DNA of 64,000 nt, taken from positions 224,001 to 288,000 of the forward strand of contig CAVPNL010000008.1 of assembly GCA_963706575.1 (NCBI GenBank). Direction: 5' to 3'. The stretch's first letter is position 1. Every line of letters begins with the position of its first letter. The notes under the pieces are model-generated. The model searched no databases and had not been told where the DNA came from. It saw only the letters and a list, made by a program, of their open reading frames with translations. The DNA is from an uncultured delta proteobacterium (GTDB taxonomy: Bacteria > Desulfobacterota > Desulfobacteria > Desulfobacterales > JAHEIW01). The position numbers and the translations under genes are program-made. Below, one piece after another: positions 1 through 11,169 of this stretch.

Positions 1-1303
1 TATCCCTGGCCAGCAGTTCCGCCCGCTGTGCGGCGGTGGCGGCCTTGTCCAGCGAATCTCGCCGGCGCTGCTCTTTGGCATAGGCGACTAACGCATTTTC
101 CACTTCCTCCTGGGCCTTGAGGACGGTTTGCTGATATTGAATCAGGGCTTGTTCCTGGCGAGCGGTCTGCACCTCGATGTTTTGGCGGATAGCCCCCGCA
201 TCAAATACATTCCAGGAGGCGCTCGGGCCGATGCGCCAAATCCGGCTGCCCCAATCCAGAAAATCACCGCTATCGACAGATTCAATGCCGATGGTGCCGG
301 TCAGCCGAAATTTGGGATACAGGTCTGCTGTGGCCACGCCGACCCTTGCGGTCTGGGCCGCTAGAAACCGCTCAGCGAGACGAATATCCGGGCGACGCCT
401 CAGGGTTTCCGCGGGAATCCCAATCGCAACGGTTACCGGAAGTACCGGTATTGCCTTTTCCGCGGCCAGCTCTTGTGCGAATTCGCCGGGCGGCCTGCCC
501 AGCAGCACCGCCAGACGATTTTTGGCCGCTGACAGGCGCGTCTCTATGGCCGGGATCTGAGACCGGGAACTTTCCAGAATTCGAAGGGATTCCTGTACGG
601 CAAGCTCGTCGATGATACCCGCCTGGTTTCGTGACCGGTTCAGTTTATACGTTTCTTCCTGGGTTTTGATGTTGGCGCGGGTGAGTGTCAGCTGGGCCTG
701 GTAAGTGCGCACATCCACATAGTTTAAAGCCACTTCCGCCATCAGGCTGATCAGCACGCCGTCTAAATTTACCCGGCTGGCTTCAAGATCGGCCTGGGAC
801 GCCTCGACGGATCGTCTCAGCCCACCGAAAATATCCAGTTCCCAGCCGGCGTCAAAGCCGGCTCTGTAAAGCTCGATCTCGGTTCCGCTACCGCCGGACT
901 CGCTGGTGCGCATTTTTGAAGCCGCCGCAGTCGCGTCCACGGCGGGGAAAAGCCTGGCCTGGCTGATCCCCCTCAGCGCCCTGGCCTCCCGGATTCGGGA
1001 CTGTGCTGTCTGTAATTCCAGATTACCGCTGACCGCCCGTTCCTCCAACCTGGACAGTTCAGGGTCGTTAAAGATCGTCCACCAGCGGGCAAGCATGCCC
1101 GTATCCGGTTGGGTGGCGCTGAGCCCGCCGGCCATTTCGGCACTCCATCGTTCCGGCGCATCGGGTTCGATCGGCGTATAGTCCGGTCCCACAGCCGCAC
1201 AGCCGGTCAACATCAGTCCGACGGCGATCGCCGGCAAAAGAAACCTGATGGTGCGTTTCGCGCTCGTGACGGGTTTTTCGCTGTTTCGATTGGGATACTT
1301 CAT
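1..1303 (-). CDS. Outer membrane efflux lipoprotein (TolC/NodT/OprM family), 3' end runs off the window
   Basis: Translated by hand; not in the ORF track because there is no stop in the window. ATG at 1303, MKYPNRN...LMLTGCAAVGPDY lipobox, WWTIFNDPEL, GFDAGWELDIFGG, RRRPDIRLAE motifs. Lies directly downstream of the RND permease. Confidence 0.92.
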   Translation of the reverse strand, partial: MKYPNRNSEKPVTSAKRTIRFLLPAIAVGLMLTGCAAVGPDYTPIEPDAPERWSAEMAGGLSATQPDTGMLARWWTIFNDPELSRLEERAVSGNLELQTAQSRIREARALRGISQARLFPAVDATAAASKMRTSESGGSGTEIELYRAGFDAGWELDIFGGLRRSVEASQADLEASRVNLDGVLISLMAEVALNYVDVRTYQAQLTLTRANIKTQEETYKLNRSRNQAGIIDELAVQESLRILESSRSQIPAIETRLSAAKNRLAVLLGRPPGEFAQELAAEKAIPVLPVTVAIGIPAETLRRRPDIRLAERFLAAQTARVGVATADLYPKFRLTGTIGIESVDSGDFLDWGSRIWRIGPSASWNVFDAGAIRQNIEVQTARQEQALIQYQQTVLKAQEEVENALVAYAKEQRRRDSLDKAATAAQRAELLARD

Positions 1304-1315
1304 GGTTTTCTTGCC

Positions 1316-4300
1316 TTATACGATCGGTTTTTTTTGCTCGCCGGTCGGTTCGGTGAATTCCTTTTTTTTGTGCCGCTGCCGCCAGGCATGCCCCTTTTCC
1401 CTGGCGGATTGGAAGATATAATACAGCACCGGGATCAGAAAAATACCGAAAGCGGTTGAGGCCAGCATGCCGCAAAAGACTGTTGTGCCGATAGCCCGGC
1501 GGCTGCCGGCACCGGCTCCGGTGGCTATGATCATGGGGACGACTCCGAGAATAAATGTTAACGATGTCATCATGACCGGCCGGAAACGGATTCGTCCGCC
1601 ATCCACTGCGGCGTCAACAACCGACAGGCCGTCTCTTCGGCGTTCCTGGGCAAACTCCACTATCAAGATGGCATTTTTGGCGGCCAGCCCGACCAGCAGC
1701 ACCAGACCGATCTGGGCGTAGATGGAAAGCGGCATGTGCAGAACCCACAGCCCGGCCAGGGCCCCCATAGTCGCCACCGGGATGGAGATGATGATGGCAA
1801 GGGGCAGATTCCAGCTCTCGTACTGGCCGACCAGAAAAAGGTAGGAAAAGATCACTGCCAGGGCAAACAGCCAAACCACCTGGCCGCCTGCTTCGCGCTC
1901 CTGATAGGAAATGGATGACCAGTCATAACCGAAGCCGGGCGGCAGCACCTTGGAAGCCACCTGCTCCATGGCCGCCATGGCCTGGTTGGAAGAAAAGCCC
2001 GGCGCAGCATTGCCGTTGAATTTGGCGCTGGGATACTGGTTGTAACGGCTGACGAGCTGTGGACCCAGAACCTGCTCCATGGTCATCAGCGTATTGAGGG
2101 GAACCATTTTGCCATTACTGCTGCGCACGTAAAGGCGCTCAATATCAGCGGTCGAATCACGGAAAGGGGCTTCGGCCTGAACCTTGACCTGGTAGGTTCT
2201 GCCCTTCAGGTTGAAATCGTTCACATAGGCCGAACCCAGTTGGGCGCGCAGGGTGGAAAAGATTCTGCCGACCGGCACGCCCAGATATTCAGTCCGGGTG
2301 CGGTCTATATTCAGAAAAATCTGCGGGGTGTTGGCCGTGTAAGTGGTAAAAACGCGCCGCAGCGCCGGGTCCTGATTGGCCGCCATCATCAGAGACATGG
2401 CTACGCCGAACAGTTCCTGAGGGCGCTGCCCTTCCCGGGCCTGGAGCTGAAAGTCAAAGCCGCCGGTGCTTCCCAGCCCGCGGATCGGTGGTGGCGCGAA
2501 TGCAAAGATGTTAGCGGTTGAAACTGCAGCTAATTTTTCTTGCGCCCGCCCGACGATCGCATCCAGCTGCAGGTCGGGACGTTTGCGTTCATCCCAGGGT
2601 TTAAGAATGGTGATGGCAAACCCCACATTGTCGGCGCTGCCACTGAGCAGACTGAAGCCCGAAACGCCGATAACGTTTTCGACGCCGTCGATTTTTTTGA
2701 TATCCGCTGTTGCCCTTTGCATCACCGTGTTGGTACGAAAAAGAGAAGCGGCCTCCGGCAACTGGACGTTGATGAAGAAATACCCCTGGTCTTCCTCCGG
2801 GAGAAAGCTGTTCGGGCTTCGGGAAAAGAGCAACCAGGTACTGCCCATAATGGCTGATTAGAAGCAGCAGTGCCAAGATGAGTCGCCGGATAAGCAGGGC
2901 AGAGCCCGCAACATAGCCCCGCCGGGCCAGCTCGAGAATGCGGTTGAACCAGCCGAAAGGTCCGCGCAGATGGGGTCGGGTCGGCAGAAGCACCGTGGCG
3001 CACATCGCCGGACTCAGCGTCAAGGCACAGATCGCGGAGAGCAGAACCGAGGTGCACATGGTTACCGCGAACTGCCGATAGAGCTGGCCTGTGATGCCGG
3101 GGATGAACCCGACCGGGATAAAGACGGCGAAGAGGACCAGGGTGGTGGCGATAATCGGCCCGGTGACCTGGCTCATGGCCTTGATGGAACCCGCTTTGGC
3201 GTCGAGACCTTCTTCGTGCATTACCCGGTACACATTTTCAACCACCAGGATAGCATCGTCCACCACCAGGCCGATGGCCATGATCAGGGCAAACAGGGAA
3301 ATTGTATTGGCGGTGTAACCCAATGCCAGCAACACCGCAAAGGTGCCGATCAACGACACCGGTATGGTCACCGCCGGAATCAGGGTCGCACGCCAGTTCT
3401 GTAAAAAAAGAAAGACAACGGCGATCACCAGAAAAGACACAAGGCCCAGGGTAAGGACGATTTCATCGATGGCCGCCGAAACATATTTGGTGGTGTCGAG
3501 GATGACCCGGTATTCTATATCTTCGGGCATCCAGGCTTCAAGTCGTTTGAGCTCGGCCTTCACCGTCGCCATGGTCTCCAGGGCATTCGCTTCGGATGAC
3601 TGGTAGACGGCCATCGTCGCCGCAGGGACGCCGTTTAACGCCGACTGGCTGCCGTAGGTTCTTGCGGCCAGCTCAACCCGGGCAATATCCCGCACCCGCA
3701 CAATACCTCCCTGACTGTTGCTGCGGATAACGATATTCTCAAACTCTTCAACATCTGTCAGCCTGCCCTTGGCTCGAAGCGTAAATTGAACCTGCTGACC
3801 GAGGGCCACCGGCTCCTGCCCGACAGCCCCCACCGAGGCCTGGACGTTCTGGCTGCGAACGGCGCCGATCACATCATCTGCGGTTAATCCCAGTGCCGTC
3901 AGCCGTTCGGGGTCCATCCAGATACGGAGGCTGTATTCCTTCTCTCCGAAGACAAAAACATCGCTGACGCCTTCCAGCCGCACCAGGGCATCCTTGATGT
4001 TATTGCTGACATAGTTGCTCAGAAAGAGCATATCCTGGCTCTTGCCCGGCGAATAAAAACTGATCGCCGCCATAATGTCGGCAGACCTTCTGCGGACATT
4101 GATTCCTTGCTCCACCACTTCCTGTGGGAGTTTTGAAGTCGCCAGCTGCACCCGGTTTTGCAGGTTGACCTGGTCGATATCGGGGTCGGTCCCCACCGCG
4201 AAGGTGACGCTTAGACTATAGGTGCCGGAATTGGAACAGGTCGATGACATATAGAGCATATTCTCGACGCCATTGACTTCCTTTTCGATCGGTGCGCCCA

Positions 4301-4484
4301 CGGTGTTGGCCAGGACTTCGGCGCTGGCACCCGGATAGGTGGCAGTCACCCTGATCTCCGGTGGGGTGATCTGCGGATACTGGGCGACAGGGATGTTCAG
4401 CAAAGCAATCAGTCCGGCCAGTGTAATGAAAATGGACACGACCGCCGCCAGGCGGGGCCGGTTGATAAAAATCTTTGAAATCAT
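1316..4484 (-). pseudogene. RND efflux permease (AcrB/HAE1 family), split by a single frameshift near 2856
   Basis: ORF 2601..4484 (MISKIFINRPRLAAV..., PVAQYPQITPP, GLVVDDAILVVENV) and ORF 1316..2848 (FLPEEDQG, GLAAKNAILIVEFA, RFRPVMMTS) are the two halves of one AcrB-like protein. Removing one base at CTA ATC A GCC ATT ATG restores the frame. Could be a sequencing error. Confidence 0.88.
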
Positions 4485-4487
4485 CTT

Positions 4488-5612
4488 TTATTTCTCCTGC
4501 GGCCGGCCGGGATTAATTTGTACCGGCTGGCCGGGCCGGACCTTCTGAATCCCCTCCACGATCACCAGTTCACCCTTGTTCAAACCGGATTCCACCGCCC
4601 ACATGGTGCCGACAGCTTGACCAAGCGAAATGGGGCGGACAGTGGCTATATTTTCTTTGTCAACAACCAGCGTGTAAGGGCCTTGCTGGTTTACCAGGAC
4701 TGCCGACTGGGGTAATACCGGGCGCAGTTTGGGCTGGGTCAATGTGACCAGCACGTTGACATACTGGCCTGGAATCAGTAAACCTTTCGAATTGTCAAAT
4801 TCAGCCCGTATCGCAATGGTGCCGGTGGCGGGATCCATCTCATTGTCTACAAAGTCGATCCGTCCTTGTGTTTCGAGAATAGTGCCGTTGGCTAACCGGA
4901 CTCGCGGAACCAGAGCGGGGCTTCGCCGGCCTTCAACCGCATCGTTCAGAGCCATCTGGATGGCTGCAAAATTATTATCGCTGATGGAGTAGACCACGCG
5001 GATAGGGTCCATCTGAACAATCCGGGCCAGGGGCTTGGATGCCGGGCCGACCAAATTTCCTTGAGTATAGGTGTTGCGCCCAATACGTCCGCTGATAGGC
5101 GCCTTGATGCTGGTGTATCCAAGGTCGAGCAGTGAGCGGTTCAAGTTTGCCTGAGCTATCGCTATTTGGGCCTCGGCGCGGAGTTGAGCGGCAACGGCAT
5201 CGTCAATGTCCGTGGCTGGAATGCTCGCCGACAGGACCGACCGAAGCCGCTTCAAATGCTGATTGGCACGGGTCAGTTCCGCCTCTGCCTGGACCACCTG
5301 CGCTTTATCGATAGCCACTTTGGCCAGATAAGGCGCCTGCTCGATAACGTAAAGCAACTTACCGGCAGGCATATTTTCGCCTTCATTGAAATTGATCTGC
5401 TCCAGAAATCCCTCGACCCGGGCCCTTAAGTCCACGGCCTGAATCGCCTCAACATGACCGATGTATTCAGTCGGAGGATTGATATTCTCAATTGAAACCG
5501 GCGCTACCGTCACCAGAGGGAGCAATTCACGTCCAGAACCTGGTGGAGCTGCGACCGCAACGGACGGAATTATAGGTAAAAGTAAAAGAATCAGAATAGG
5601 TAGAGATCGCAT
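4488..5612 (-). CDS. RND efflux periplasmic adaptor (membrane fusion protein)
   Basis: Signal peptide; VDLRARVEGFL, LGYTSIKAPISGRIG and VDNEMDPATGTI motifs; first gene of the MFP-RND-OMF operon. Confidence 0.95.
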   Translation of the reverse strand: MRSLPILILLLLPIIPSVAVAAPPGSGRELLPLVTVAPVSIENINPPTEYIGHVEAIQAVDLRARVEGFLEQINFNEGENMPAGKLLYVIEQAPYLAKVAIDKAQVVQAEAELTRANQHLKRLRSVLSASIPATDIDDAVAAQLRAEAQIAIAQANLNRSLLDLGYTSIKAPISGRIGRNTYTQGNLVGPASKPLARIVQMDPIRVVYSISDNNFAAIQMALNDAVEGRRSPALVPRVRLANGTILETQGRIDFVDNEMDPATGTIAIRAEFDNSKGLLIPGQYVNVLVTLTQPKLRPVLPQSAVLVNQQGPYTLVVDKENIATVRPISLGQAVGTMWAVESGLNKGELVIVEGIQKVRPGQPVQINPGRPQEK

Positions 5613-6172
5613 TAGATTTGCTCCTCCTGTTCGGCTTGTATGATTTTCTCATCTTCAAAACCCGGTACAATGGGAATTTGGCAAGTTTCAGCACATCTTT
5701 TAAATATTTGTAAAAGTAGGTAAAATAGCACATGAAAATGATTATTTCAATTTATTACATTGCCCGTGCCAATAGGTCAGGTCCTTTTTTAACGGCGGCA
5801 TTTTTGCAAAAAAATCCGGGAGAATGCAACGGCCATTCGTAAAGACGGCAAAAAAATCCGTGTGAGGCCGCTGAAGGCCGCATGTGCAGTTTTTGCTCAA
5901 AAAGGGTACTGAGACACAGCTTAGCTATCGTTCTTTGGAAATACCGAACTCCTGAGGAAATAAAACGTACCGCTGTGCACAGATCGAATAAAGTCTTTGA
6001 ACGATATTATTAAATTGAAAGCTAAGACATGCGAAGTATTTATGAGGAAACGCGAGGGGAGGGCAAAAGCATAAAAACGGTCAGGTCAATTAAATTCTCG
6101 AAGTGACAAAGCTGATAAAGATTTTAGGGGGTGTGGAATATCCATAACCCACTACAATCTTTATATATTTTA

Positions 6173-6229
6173 TGGTGCCGAAGGCCGGAATTGTAAAATT
6201 ATTTATAAAATCAAATAGTTAATAAAATA
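6173..6229 (-). repeat. att-like junction 5: tRNA-Leu 3' end copy plus truncated conserved arm
   Basis: TGGTGCCGAAGGCCGGA at 6173-6189 is identical to tRNA 23167-23183. It is followed by ATTGTAAAATT...AATCAAATAGTTAATAAAATA, with an IHF consensus at 6209-6221. Confidence 0.9.
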
Positions 6230-6251
6230 CCGTGCCCTGAACTCACAACCA

Positions 6252-7322
6252 TCAGTGCATAAAAAGCTCCGGCCTTCGCTCCTTCAAACTCAACATAAAC
6301 TGCTGGCCGTATTGACGGGCGTAGTTAAAATAATGCTCAATCCGATCTTGCGTGGAATCCAAGGGGATTTCACATCCGGATGATAGGATGTATCCGCTGC
6401 CCTCAGCCGCCTTATTAGTGCAATCACGGATGGCGTGCTCCATTTCCTCCCGGGTTCCGGAGCTGAACAGGGACGTTGGCACATTGCCCATCACGATTAA
6501 TTGGGCGGCCGACAGATCAATTAGTTTTTCCAGAGAAGAGGGGGCATCCAGGCTGAGCAAGCTGATTCCGGTTTCGACAATATCGGCCACTATGGGATCA
6601 ATATATCCGCATACATGCAGCGCCATAAGGGCTTTGCGGGAATTGAAATACTGGCAAAGCTCTTGATGATACGGCTTTATGAAATTCCGGTAAATCTCAG
6701 GTGAGATAAGGCTGCAGGAAGCAGCGGCCTCCCCTAGAGATGGTGAAAAGCCGGCTTCGATCAGGGTATCCCCCACCGTTCGAACCACCTCCGTGCTGAA
6801 TTTCATGAGTTCATGGACGAAGGCCGGGTCGTCGTAGGTGTCCATCAGAAGCGACTCGGTCCCCCTGAGGTGCACCGCGATATTCCAGGGGCCGGAATGT
6901 CCCAATCCCATGGTGGCCGTCTTTTTTATCTCCGAGGACACCCTTTGGCATAACTCGATGAAATAGGGTATGCGCCCGTCCCGGGCAGGATTCGGCACCT
7001 TCAGTTTGGCCAGGCGGGATTTTTCCTTCAGCAGAACTGATTTGGGATGCGAAGGACGATCATCAAAAAACTCCAGTTCACATCCGATAGCTTCTGCTTC
7101 CAGGTAGATATCGTTGTAAACGATAAGGCTGTCGGGTTCGAATCGATTGTAAAATGCCAGGTGTGCTTCAGCGCTTTTTTGTGGATCGGTCAGGATTTGC
7201 TTAACGCTATAACCGGTCATTTTACAACAGTAGGGGCCAATTAGTACCGTCGTGGGAATCCGGTCGGCATATTTCCGCTTTAAAGCAGAAAGCACATAAT
7301 ACTTCCCGCTGGTTCTTTCCAT
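6252..7322 (-). CDS. Uroporphyrinogen decarboxylase family protein (MtaA/CmuA-like methylcobamide methyltransferase)
   Basis: EAEAIGC, GPWNIAVHLRG, Zn-binding LHVCG and ILSSGCEIP motifs. Confidence 0.85.
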   Translation of the reverse strand: MERTSGKYYVLSALKRKYADRIPTTVLIGPYCCKMTGYSVKQILTDPQKSAEAHLAFYNRFEPDSLIVYNDIYLEAEAIGCELEFFDDRPSHPKSVLLKEKSRLAKLKVPNPARDGRIPYFIELCQRVSSEIKKTATMGLGHSGPWNIAVHLRGTESLLMDTYDDPAFVHELMKFSTEVVRTVGDTLIEAGFSPSLGEAAASCSLISPEIYRNFIKPYHQELCQYFNSRKALMALHVCGYIDPIVADIVETGISLLSLDAPSSLEKLIDLSAAQLIVMGNVPTSLFSSGTREEMEHAIRDCTNKAAEGSGYILSSGCEIPLDSTQDRIEHYFNYARQYGQQFMLSLKERRPELFMH

Positions 7323-7483
7323 AACACACCTCCTTTGTTGTTTTAAGGAATAGGGGATCGGGGCATGAATCGTAAATTATGGTGCGACCCGAAGATTACC
7401 GGATTCCAATATAATGTCTTATTGCAGTATAATTCATTTAACAAAAAAGGCACTTAGAATCAATCTAAGTGCCCATCAAAATT

Positions 7484-7525
7484 TGGTACCGAAGCCGGGT
7501 TTGCAAAATAAATTATGAAATCAAA
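7484..7525 (-). repeat. att-like junction 4 (degenerate copy of tRNA-Leu 3' end plus short arm)
   Basis: TGGTACCGAAGCCGGGTTTGCAAAATAAATTATGAAATCAAA resembles the other junctions. Preceded by the hairpin GGCACTTAGA-ATCAA-TCTAAGTGCC (7449-7473). Confidence 0.7.
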
Positions 7526-7531
7526 ATTTGC

Positions 7532-7969
7532 TTAGTCGAAAAATTTCAGCGTGTACATGCTTGAATGCCATTCCGGATGTCGCGCTTGATATTCAGCCGG
7601 GCACTTTCCGCTGCCATCGGTTACGTGGATAAGAATATTATCTCCATGTACGGAAAGGGTCCATGGATTTTTGATATGTTCTGTATGCGCTAAAGCCTCC
7701 GGCTTAATGTTAATGTCGTTGTGCGCGGGATTGGAAAAATAATTGGAGACAGCCGCTTTGATGTTCAATGCTTCGGATTCCACACGCCGACAATAGCTTT
7801 CCGGTCGATAGACAGGAATGCTCGGTATAACAATTCCCATAATTATTATTACAACAAAAAACAGCAGCAATATAACAACTAATCTTTTTATGTTTGTTTT
7901 TGGTTTTTCCTTAGTCTGCTCATCCATCACCATGGCCTCTTTGGGGCTTCCTGTTATGCTAGATAACAT
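7532..7969 (-). CDS. Pilin-like membrane-anchored hypothetical protein (true start probably ~7933)
   Basis: N-terminal hydrophobic helix ...IIIMGIVIPS followed by an amphipathic helix (RVESEALNIKAAVSNYF), as in type IV pilins. No G/F..E prepilin cleavage motif. Confidence 0.55.
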   Translation of the reverse strand: MLSSITGSPKEAMVMDEQTKEKPKTNIKRLVVILLLFFVVIIIMGIVIPSIPVYRPESYCRRVESEALNIKAAVSNYFSNPAHNDINIKPEALAHTEHIKNPWTLSVHGDNILIHVTDGSGKCPAEYQARHPEWHSSMYTLKFFD

Positions 7970-8227
7970 TCAACCCCTAAATTGCTTCACAAGCTATATC
8001 GGATTGATTGTCAAATTCCTTTAGAGGAATCAAACTGCCAGAAAGGGAAAGGGGGCGGGTCACGCTATGTTTTTTTGTAAAGTATAAACAGGGTCCATTT
8101 TTATCCTTAAACAGCTATTTTAAGAGTAAAAAATGACCATATAAGAAACAGACAAGCCGCAATCCATTCAGATTGCGGCTTGTTGGTTACAAAATTTTCT
8201 TCGGTCATTCACCAATCATCCATAAGA

Positions 8228-8250
8228 AAAGGGGCATTAGATGCCCCTTT
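8228..8250 (-). terminator. Rho-independent terminator-like hairpin
   Basis: AAAGGGGCAT-TAG-ATGCCCCTTT just downstream of the 8283 stop. A second hairpin lies at ~8152-8183. Confidence 0.6.
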
Positions 8251-8282
8251 GGTTATACTGGTAATACCTGCGATAGATCATC

Positions 8283-8567
8283 TTACTCGGCGGTCAGTGA
8301 TGTGATGACTCCCTTGCTATCGCATTCCACGTTGATGGAATCACCTTGTTTCAAATTCTTAAGGCTTTCCATATTTATTTCTGGACCTGCCTTAAGCTTT
8401 TTGACATCACCGGTATCATCCTTTATTGTTAACTCACCAGTAGCGGGATTGAAGAAATCAACTGTTCCGCTTATTTTTTGCATCTCATCGGCGAATACTG
8501 CCGCAACCGCGATAAAAGAGAATACAAAAAATACCATGACTACCATTGATATAGATTTTTTAAACAT
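8283..8567 (-). CDS. Small secreted beta-rich (possibly OB-fold) protein
   Basis: MFKKSISMVVMVFFVFSFIAVAAVFA signal peptide, then ISGTVDFFNPATGELTI...LKQGDSINVE. Confidence 0.7.
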   Translation of the reverse strand: MFKKSISMVVMVFFVFSFIAVAAVFADEMQKISGTVDFFNPATGELTIKDDTGDVKKLKAGPEINMESLKNLKQGDSINVECDSKGVITSLTAE

Positions 8568-8719
8568 TTTTAACTCCTTAGGGTTTTTAATGAATTCTGT
8601 TTGTTTTAATTCGCTTATCCGTGACAATCTACTATGGATCAATTCTTCGTTTCTCCTTAATTCACACCTCCTTTTTTCGTAGTTGGGCTTTCAATTCCTA
8701 GCCTACGTTTTATTCTCTG

Positions 8720-8735
8720 TGCAATCGGCATACCA
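8720..8735 (-). promoter_or_regulatory. Putative sigma54 -24/-12 promoter
   Basis: Minus strand reads TGGTAT-GCCGA-TTGCA, fitting TGGCAC-N5-TTGCW, upstream of the 8567 start. The genome encodes rpoN. Confidence 0.5.
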
Positions 8736-9180
8736 AAATCATCAGTTTCAATATCCAACTGATATTTAAAGATTTATTTTTGCTGGTACAGTTTTAAGCA
8801 TTTTATCTGTGTATGATTTACCTTACACAAGTAAAAAGGAAAGAGAATGAATTAAAGTTGTAACTAACCGAGTATTCTTTGTTTAATAAACATTTAAGGA
8901 TCTTTTTTACGGGGATACAAAATCATACTCACATCAAGCACTGCGGAGGATATTTTAAGGATAGGCGTTTTGTAGTTTCAAGATTTAGGAGGAAAAGCCT
9001 TAGCCAGCTTAAGCCGGAAAACGACAATTCATTTTCAAGGTATCTGGCATCAGTCGCGCGTTAAAGGGGTTGGACTTAAAACTGAAGGTTAGCTGGTGTG
9101 TGAAAGCGTTTACCGACTATCGCACATAATGCAAATGCGACTTCAGCAAGACACTGAAATCATTCTTGATATTATTTAGA

Positions 9181-9309
9181 TGGTGCCGAAGGCCGGAATT
9201 CAAAATTATAAATAATATCAAATAGTTAATAAAATAAATGATAGTTTAAGCGATATTAAGCCGGTTTTTGTACAGTCCTGGCTGCATATTGGCATATCAA
9301 TTGCGTATG
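9181..9309 (-). repeat. att-like junction 3: tRNA-Leu 3' end copy plus full ~130 bp arm
   Basis: Core at 9181-9197; IHF consensus TATCAAATAGTTA at 9216-9228; then AGTTTAAGCGATATTAAG...TGTACAGTCCTGGCTGCATATTGGCATATCAATTGCGTAT. Confidence 0.92.
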
Positions 9310-9323
9310 AATCCAATATCCCT

Positions 9324-9363
9324 TAAAACGCCCATTTTACCTCTAAAACGCCCATTTTACCTC
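9324..9363. repeat. Perfect 20 bp tandem duplication
   Basis: TAAAACGCCCATTTTACCTC twice. Confidence 0.85.
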
Positions 9364-9576
9364 CCCAATGCTAGTTCTAAGCCAAAAAACTTTTTAATTG
9401 GAAATTTTTATGAATTATCAGATAGTTACTGCGGTCCAACCCCTTATTTATCTCAAAATAGCATTCATTAATTTGAAAATATCGGCGATACTTGGTATAT
9501 ATTATTAGGTAGCGCGTTTTCGATCTTGCGATGGAATTGAGCCTTGCGCACCAATACGATCCAGTTTTGCTGAGAG

Positions 9577-10938
9577 ATGGTTTTCAATTTTTCTTTATCA
9601 AACAAGATAGTTTATATACCCCCGTGCCGACCTAGTGAGCTGTCACCCTTGTCCAACAGGCTTCATCTCATAATTCTATTGATATTCATTTTATCTTTCC
9701 ATGGCTGTGCTGATATGAGAGAAGTTGTTAAATCTCTGCCGCTTCATATCCACCCAGAGGAAAAGATCGAACGAAATGATTTTTTTGTTGCCAAAGAAGA
9801 TGACGTCATTGGCCGGTTGGCGGCCATCAGACTTCAAAAGGGGGATACGCTGCCGGATATTGCGAGACACTTCAGTCTGGGAATCAATACAGTCAGTGCA
9901 GCTAATCCGGGGGTAGATATATGGGTGCCTGAGGCCGGAAGGCGCATCCTGTTGCCGCTGAGTTTTATCCTGCCAGACACCCGCAGAAAAGGTATCGTGA
10001 TCAACTTAGCCGCCATGAGGCTCTTTTATTTTAGAAAAGATGGTAAACTATTGGTCGTGTCGACCTACCCGGTCGGTATCGGTACCACAGAGCAGCCCAC
10101 CCCCATGGGCCGAATGTATATAACGCGCAAGAAGTTGCGGCCGACCTGGTATGTGCCCGCCGTGATTGCTGAAGATCATCGGAAAAAGGGAGATCCTCTA
10201 CCGGCGAATGTACCACCGGGGCCTCTAAATCCTCTGGGAGAATACGCTCTCTATTTAAGCAAATCAGGCTATTTGGTCCATGGTACGAATAAACCGGCCA
10301 GTATCGGTCTCAGGGCAACCTATGGCTGCATAAGACTCTATCCGGAAGATATAAAGAGACTTTTCAAAAACACCCCGGTAAAAACACCTGTTCGCATTGT
10401 TAATCAGCCATATCTAGTCGGCCAGCGTGATGGAATAATTTACATAGAAGCGCATCGGCCCGTTGAACAATCAGGCACCGCTGAGTTGAAGAAGGCATAT
10501 GCAAAATTGAGAAATATTGAAAAGAAGTCAGGGCACGCGCTTGACTGGAAAAAGGTTGGGAAAGTAGTGGGGGAGGCCCGCGGGTTCCCAGTTCCCATAT
10601 TCGAGATCAATCAAGGAAGTGAAAAGGTTGTTGCGGAAACCATAAAGCTCTGGCATCCGCGCAAGTTGTATGGCAAACCGGAAATACCGGAACTCAAAAC
10701 GGACGCGTGGTATGTTCTGGCTGCTACTTTGCGTGACAAGGTTGACGCTCTGAGGCTTGCGGCAATTATTAATCATCAGGGTCCACAAATTCCCGCAAGG
10801 GTGTTGTCAACGAGCGATCGCTACCGTGTTCTCGCCGGTCCTTTCAATAATATGAGCGAGGCCAAAGATGCGGCAAAACGTTTGAAAATTGATTTGGAAA
10901 TAGACGGTATACTGGTTGAACCGATAAAGGAGAGTTAG
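9577..10938 (+). CDS. L,D-transpeptidase (ErfK/YbiS/YcfS type) with LysM and C-terminal SPOR domain
   Basis: GDTLPDIARHF LysM-like region, IVINLAAMRL, PPGPLNPLG, HGTNKPASIGLRATYGCIRL catalytic motif, C-terminal YRVLAGPF SPOR. The true start may be further downstream. Confidence 0.92.
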   Translation: MVFNFSLSNKIVYIPPCRPSELSPLSNRLHLIILLIFILSFHGCADMREVVKSLPLHIHPEEKIERNDFFVAKEDDVIGRLAAIRLQKGDTLPDIARHFSLGINTVSAANPGVDIWVPEAGRRILLPLSFILPDTRRKGIVINLAAMRLFYFRKDGKLLVVSTYPVGIGTTEQPTPMGRMYITRKKLRPTWYVPAVIAEDHRKKGDPLPANVPPGPLNPLGEYALYLSKSGYLVHGTNKPASIGLRATYGCIRLYPEDIKRLFKNTPVKTPVRIVNQPYLVGQRDGIIYIEAHRPVEQSGTAELKKAYAKLRNIEKKSGHALDWKKVGKVVGEARGFPVPIFEINQGSEKVVAETIKLWHPRKLYGKPEIPELKTDAWYVLAATLRDKVDALRLAAIINHQGPQIPARVLSTSDRYRVLAGPFNNMSEAKDAAKRLKIDLEIDGILVEPIKES

Positions 10939-11169
10939 CGAATTGCGCCCTTTTTTTCACGTTCAAGCCGTTGAAGTTATTTAAATATCTCTATCCAGAG
11001 CCTGAGCCGACCCTGCATTGAGAATTCAGGCAATGGTTGTACTTTAACTCCAAAAGAGGTACATTTTTTGCAGTAAGTAAATAACCAACGTGGATATTTT
11101 TGTGAAGTAACACGGAATTTTTCAGTCGTTGTTATGGAAAGGTAAACTGAACAGAAAGGAGGTGACGAC

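Noticed and set aside
2840..2870. Programmed frameshift in the RND permease
   Set aside because: No slippery heptamer at the site; a mutation or sequencing error is more likely.
5757..5771. sigma54 promoter for the RND operon
   Set aside because: Good -24 (TGGCAC) but the -12 reads ATGT rather than TTGC; too weak to call.
9290..9305. sigma54 promoter TGGCAT-N5-TTGC inside junction 3
   Set aside because: The GG is not conserved in the other copies (TCGCAT), so it is probably a chance variant of the GCATAT boxes.
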